DNA from: Stegostoma tigrinum | Taxonomy: Eukaryota | Reading direction: 5' to 3' | Length of the DNA stretch: 64,000 nucleotides | Assembly (NCBI RefSeq): GCF_030684315.1 | Contig: NC_081354.1 | Span: forward strand, 53,968,259-54,032,258 | Shown here: positions 62,781 through 64,000 of the stretch, one piece after another | Numbering within the stretch: the stretch's first letter is position 1 | Layout: each line of letters starts with the position of its first letter | Position numbers and translations under genes: made by a program | The notes under the pieces: model-generated | What the model was told of the DNA's origin: nothing | The model's database searches: none | The model's input: the letters and a program-made list of their open reading frames with translations, nothing else

Positions 62781-64000
62781 CTATTTGCTTTTACCAGGTA
62801 ATTGTGAGTTATAAAATTGTTGAAAATGACCAATTCTGTCACAGTGAAACCATGGTGTGCCACCAGATGGTCATTCTTATCATCTGCAATGCCACGGTTC
62901 GTCAAGTTGTCAATCCTTCAAAATGGTGCTTTCCGCCTTTTCCTAACTTTGGCAGGCTCCTTATTTTTTTATTTGGTGGGCACTAGCCAACTGAAAGGCT
63001 CAGGCTAGAGCCTTAAAGACATTCCAAATCCTACCTTGGTTGCACACTCCTCTCAGTCTGCCTCATATTCAGGACTGCCTGCTCTGATGTTAAGTTTCTC
63101 TAGGTTGCAAAAAAATCAGGGAGTTTTGTCATTGAGGATGCCACTTTCAAAGTGCTATATCTGTATGAACTGGCCAATCTATTTAAAACAAAATGAAGAG
63201 GTTTGCCACTGCCCCTGGCTTCTAGGATTGCTGTTGGCCCAGGCATATTCAATAATAAGGTTCTTCTTGGGTCTAAAATGGGTGTCAACTGATGACCAGA
63301 CTGAAAATCTACTGAAATTTAATCAACGCCTTACGTGGTAAGGATTTAATTAGAAATGGTGTCATTGTATCTCAAAAAGTATTGACCTGGAGCAGGCTGC
63401 TGCTTCAAATGGTGATGATGGATTTCTTTAACTAGATGGATTAGAGAAGTAGCGGCTGTCTCCCATGCTAAAATGAAGGCTCAGAGCATAGTTGATCAAA
63501 GTGTTTAAAAAAATCACAAAGAATCTTGACATAGTTGATAACAAGAAACAGTCCCTGTTTGAAGAAGCATATTTGTACATAATGTACAAGCTGACTTGCT
63601 GTCGTCATATGACTGCTGTATCTGCTCTAGCTTGCTTTCACTTTATTGTTGGCAGCCTATACTTAACATTAGGAGTCGGATGCTGATACTGAGAAAATTT
63701 TGAGCTCTAAGGGAGCTAGCTGCTGTTAAAGAAAATTGTTAAAAATGCATTCTGCAACCTTGGCATGTTGGTTGAGTAAGATTGACTGTAAAGTTTCTAT
63801 TTTCTGCTGCTGTGAAAATGAAAGGTGATATGAAAAAGCACTGGATTTTCTTTCTGCTTTCACTGGTAGTACTATGAAATAGTTCCAGATAAATAAAAAG
63901 ACTGAATAAACAACAGTAACAGCCATGTACTTAGTGCTATAGAAAGAGTGCTGCAAGCTGTACTGTAACCTAAACCTCACTCAATAGTAGAGAACACCGA

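Overview
Eukaryotic (vertebrate) genomic DNA. The repeat content (HE1-like tRNA-SINEs, CR1/HER1-like LINEs, Penelope-like elements) points to a cartilaginous fish, probably a shark; this taxon call is inferred. The window holds a complete fibrinogen gene cluster in the human-like arrangement: FGB (+, 8 exons, 3513-12247, 512 aa), FGA (-, 6 exons including the alpha-E exon, 31267-21385, 750 aa extended form) and FGG (-, 9 exons, 56365-41993, 429 aa). All exons were spliced by hand at GT-AG junctions and stay in frame. The most striking observation is that the fibrin polymerisation switches look rewired. The only A-alpha gene seen has W-G-P-Q where R-G-P-R (thrombin site plus knob A) is expected. 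B-beta has a long acidic fibrinopeptide with a P-R|G thrombin site and a GYRP knob. The gamma chain ends in RGDY within one exon and has no cross-linking lysine. Alpha-C is rich in N-glycan sequons, and the gene may make mainly alpha-E. Non-coding DNA is dominated by retroelements, including many short Penelope-derived hairpin insertions with minimal hammerhead-ribozyme motifs and target-site duplications.
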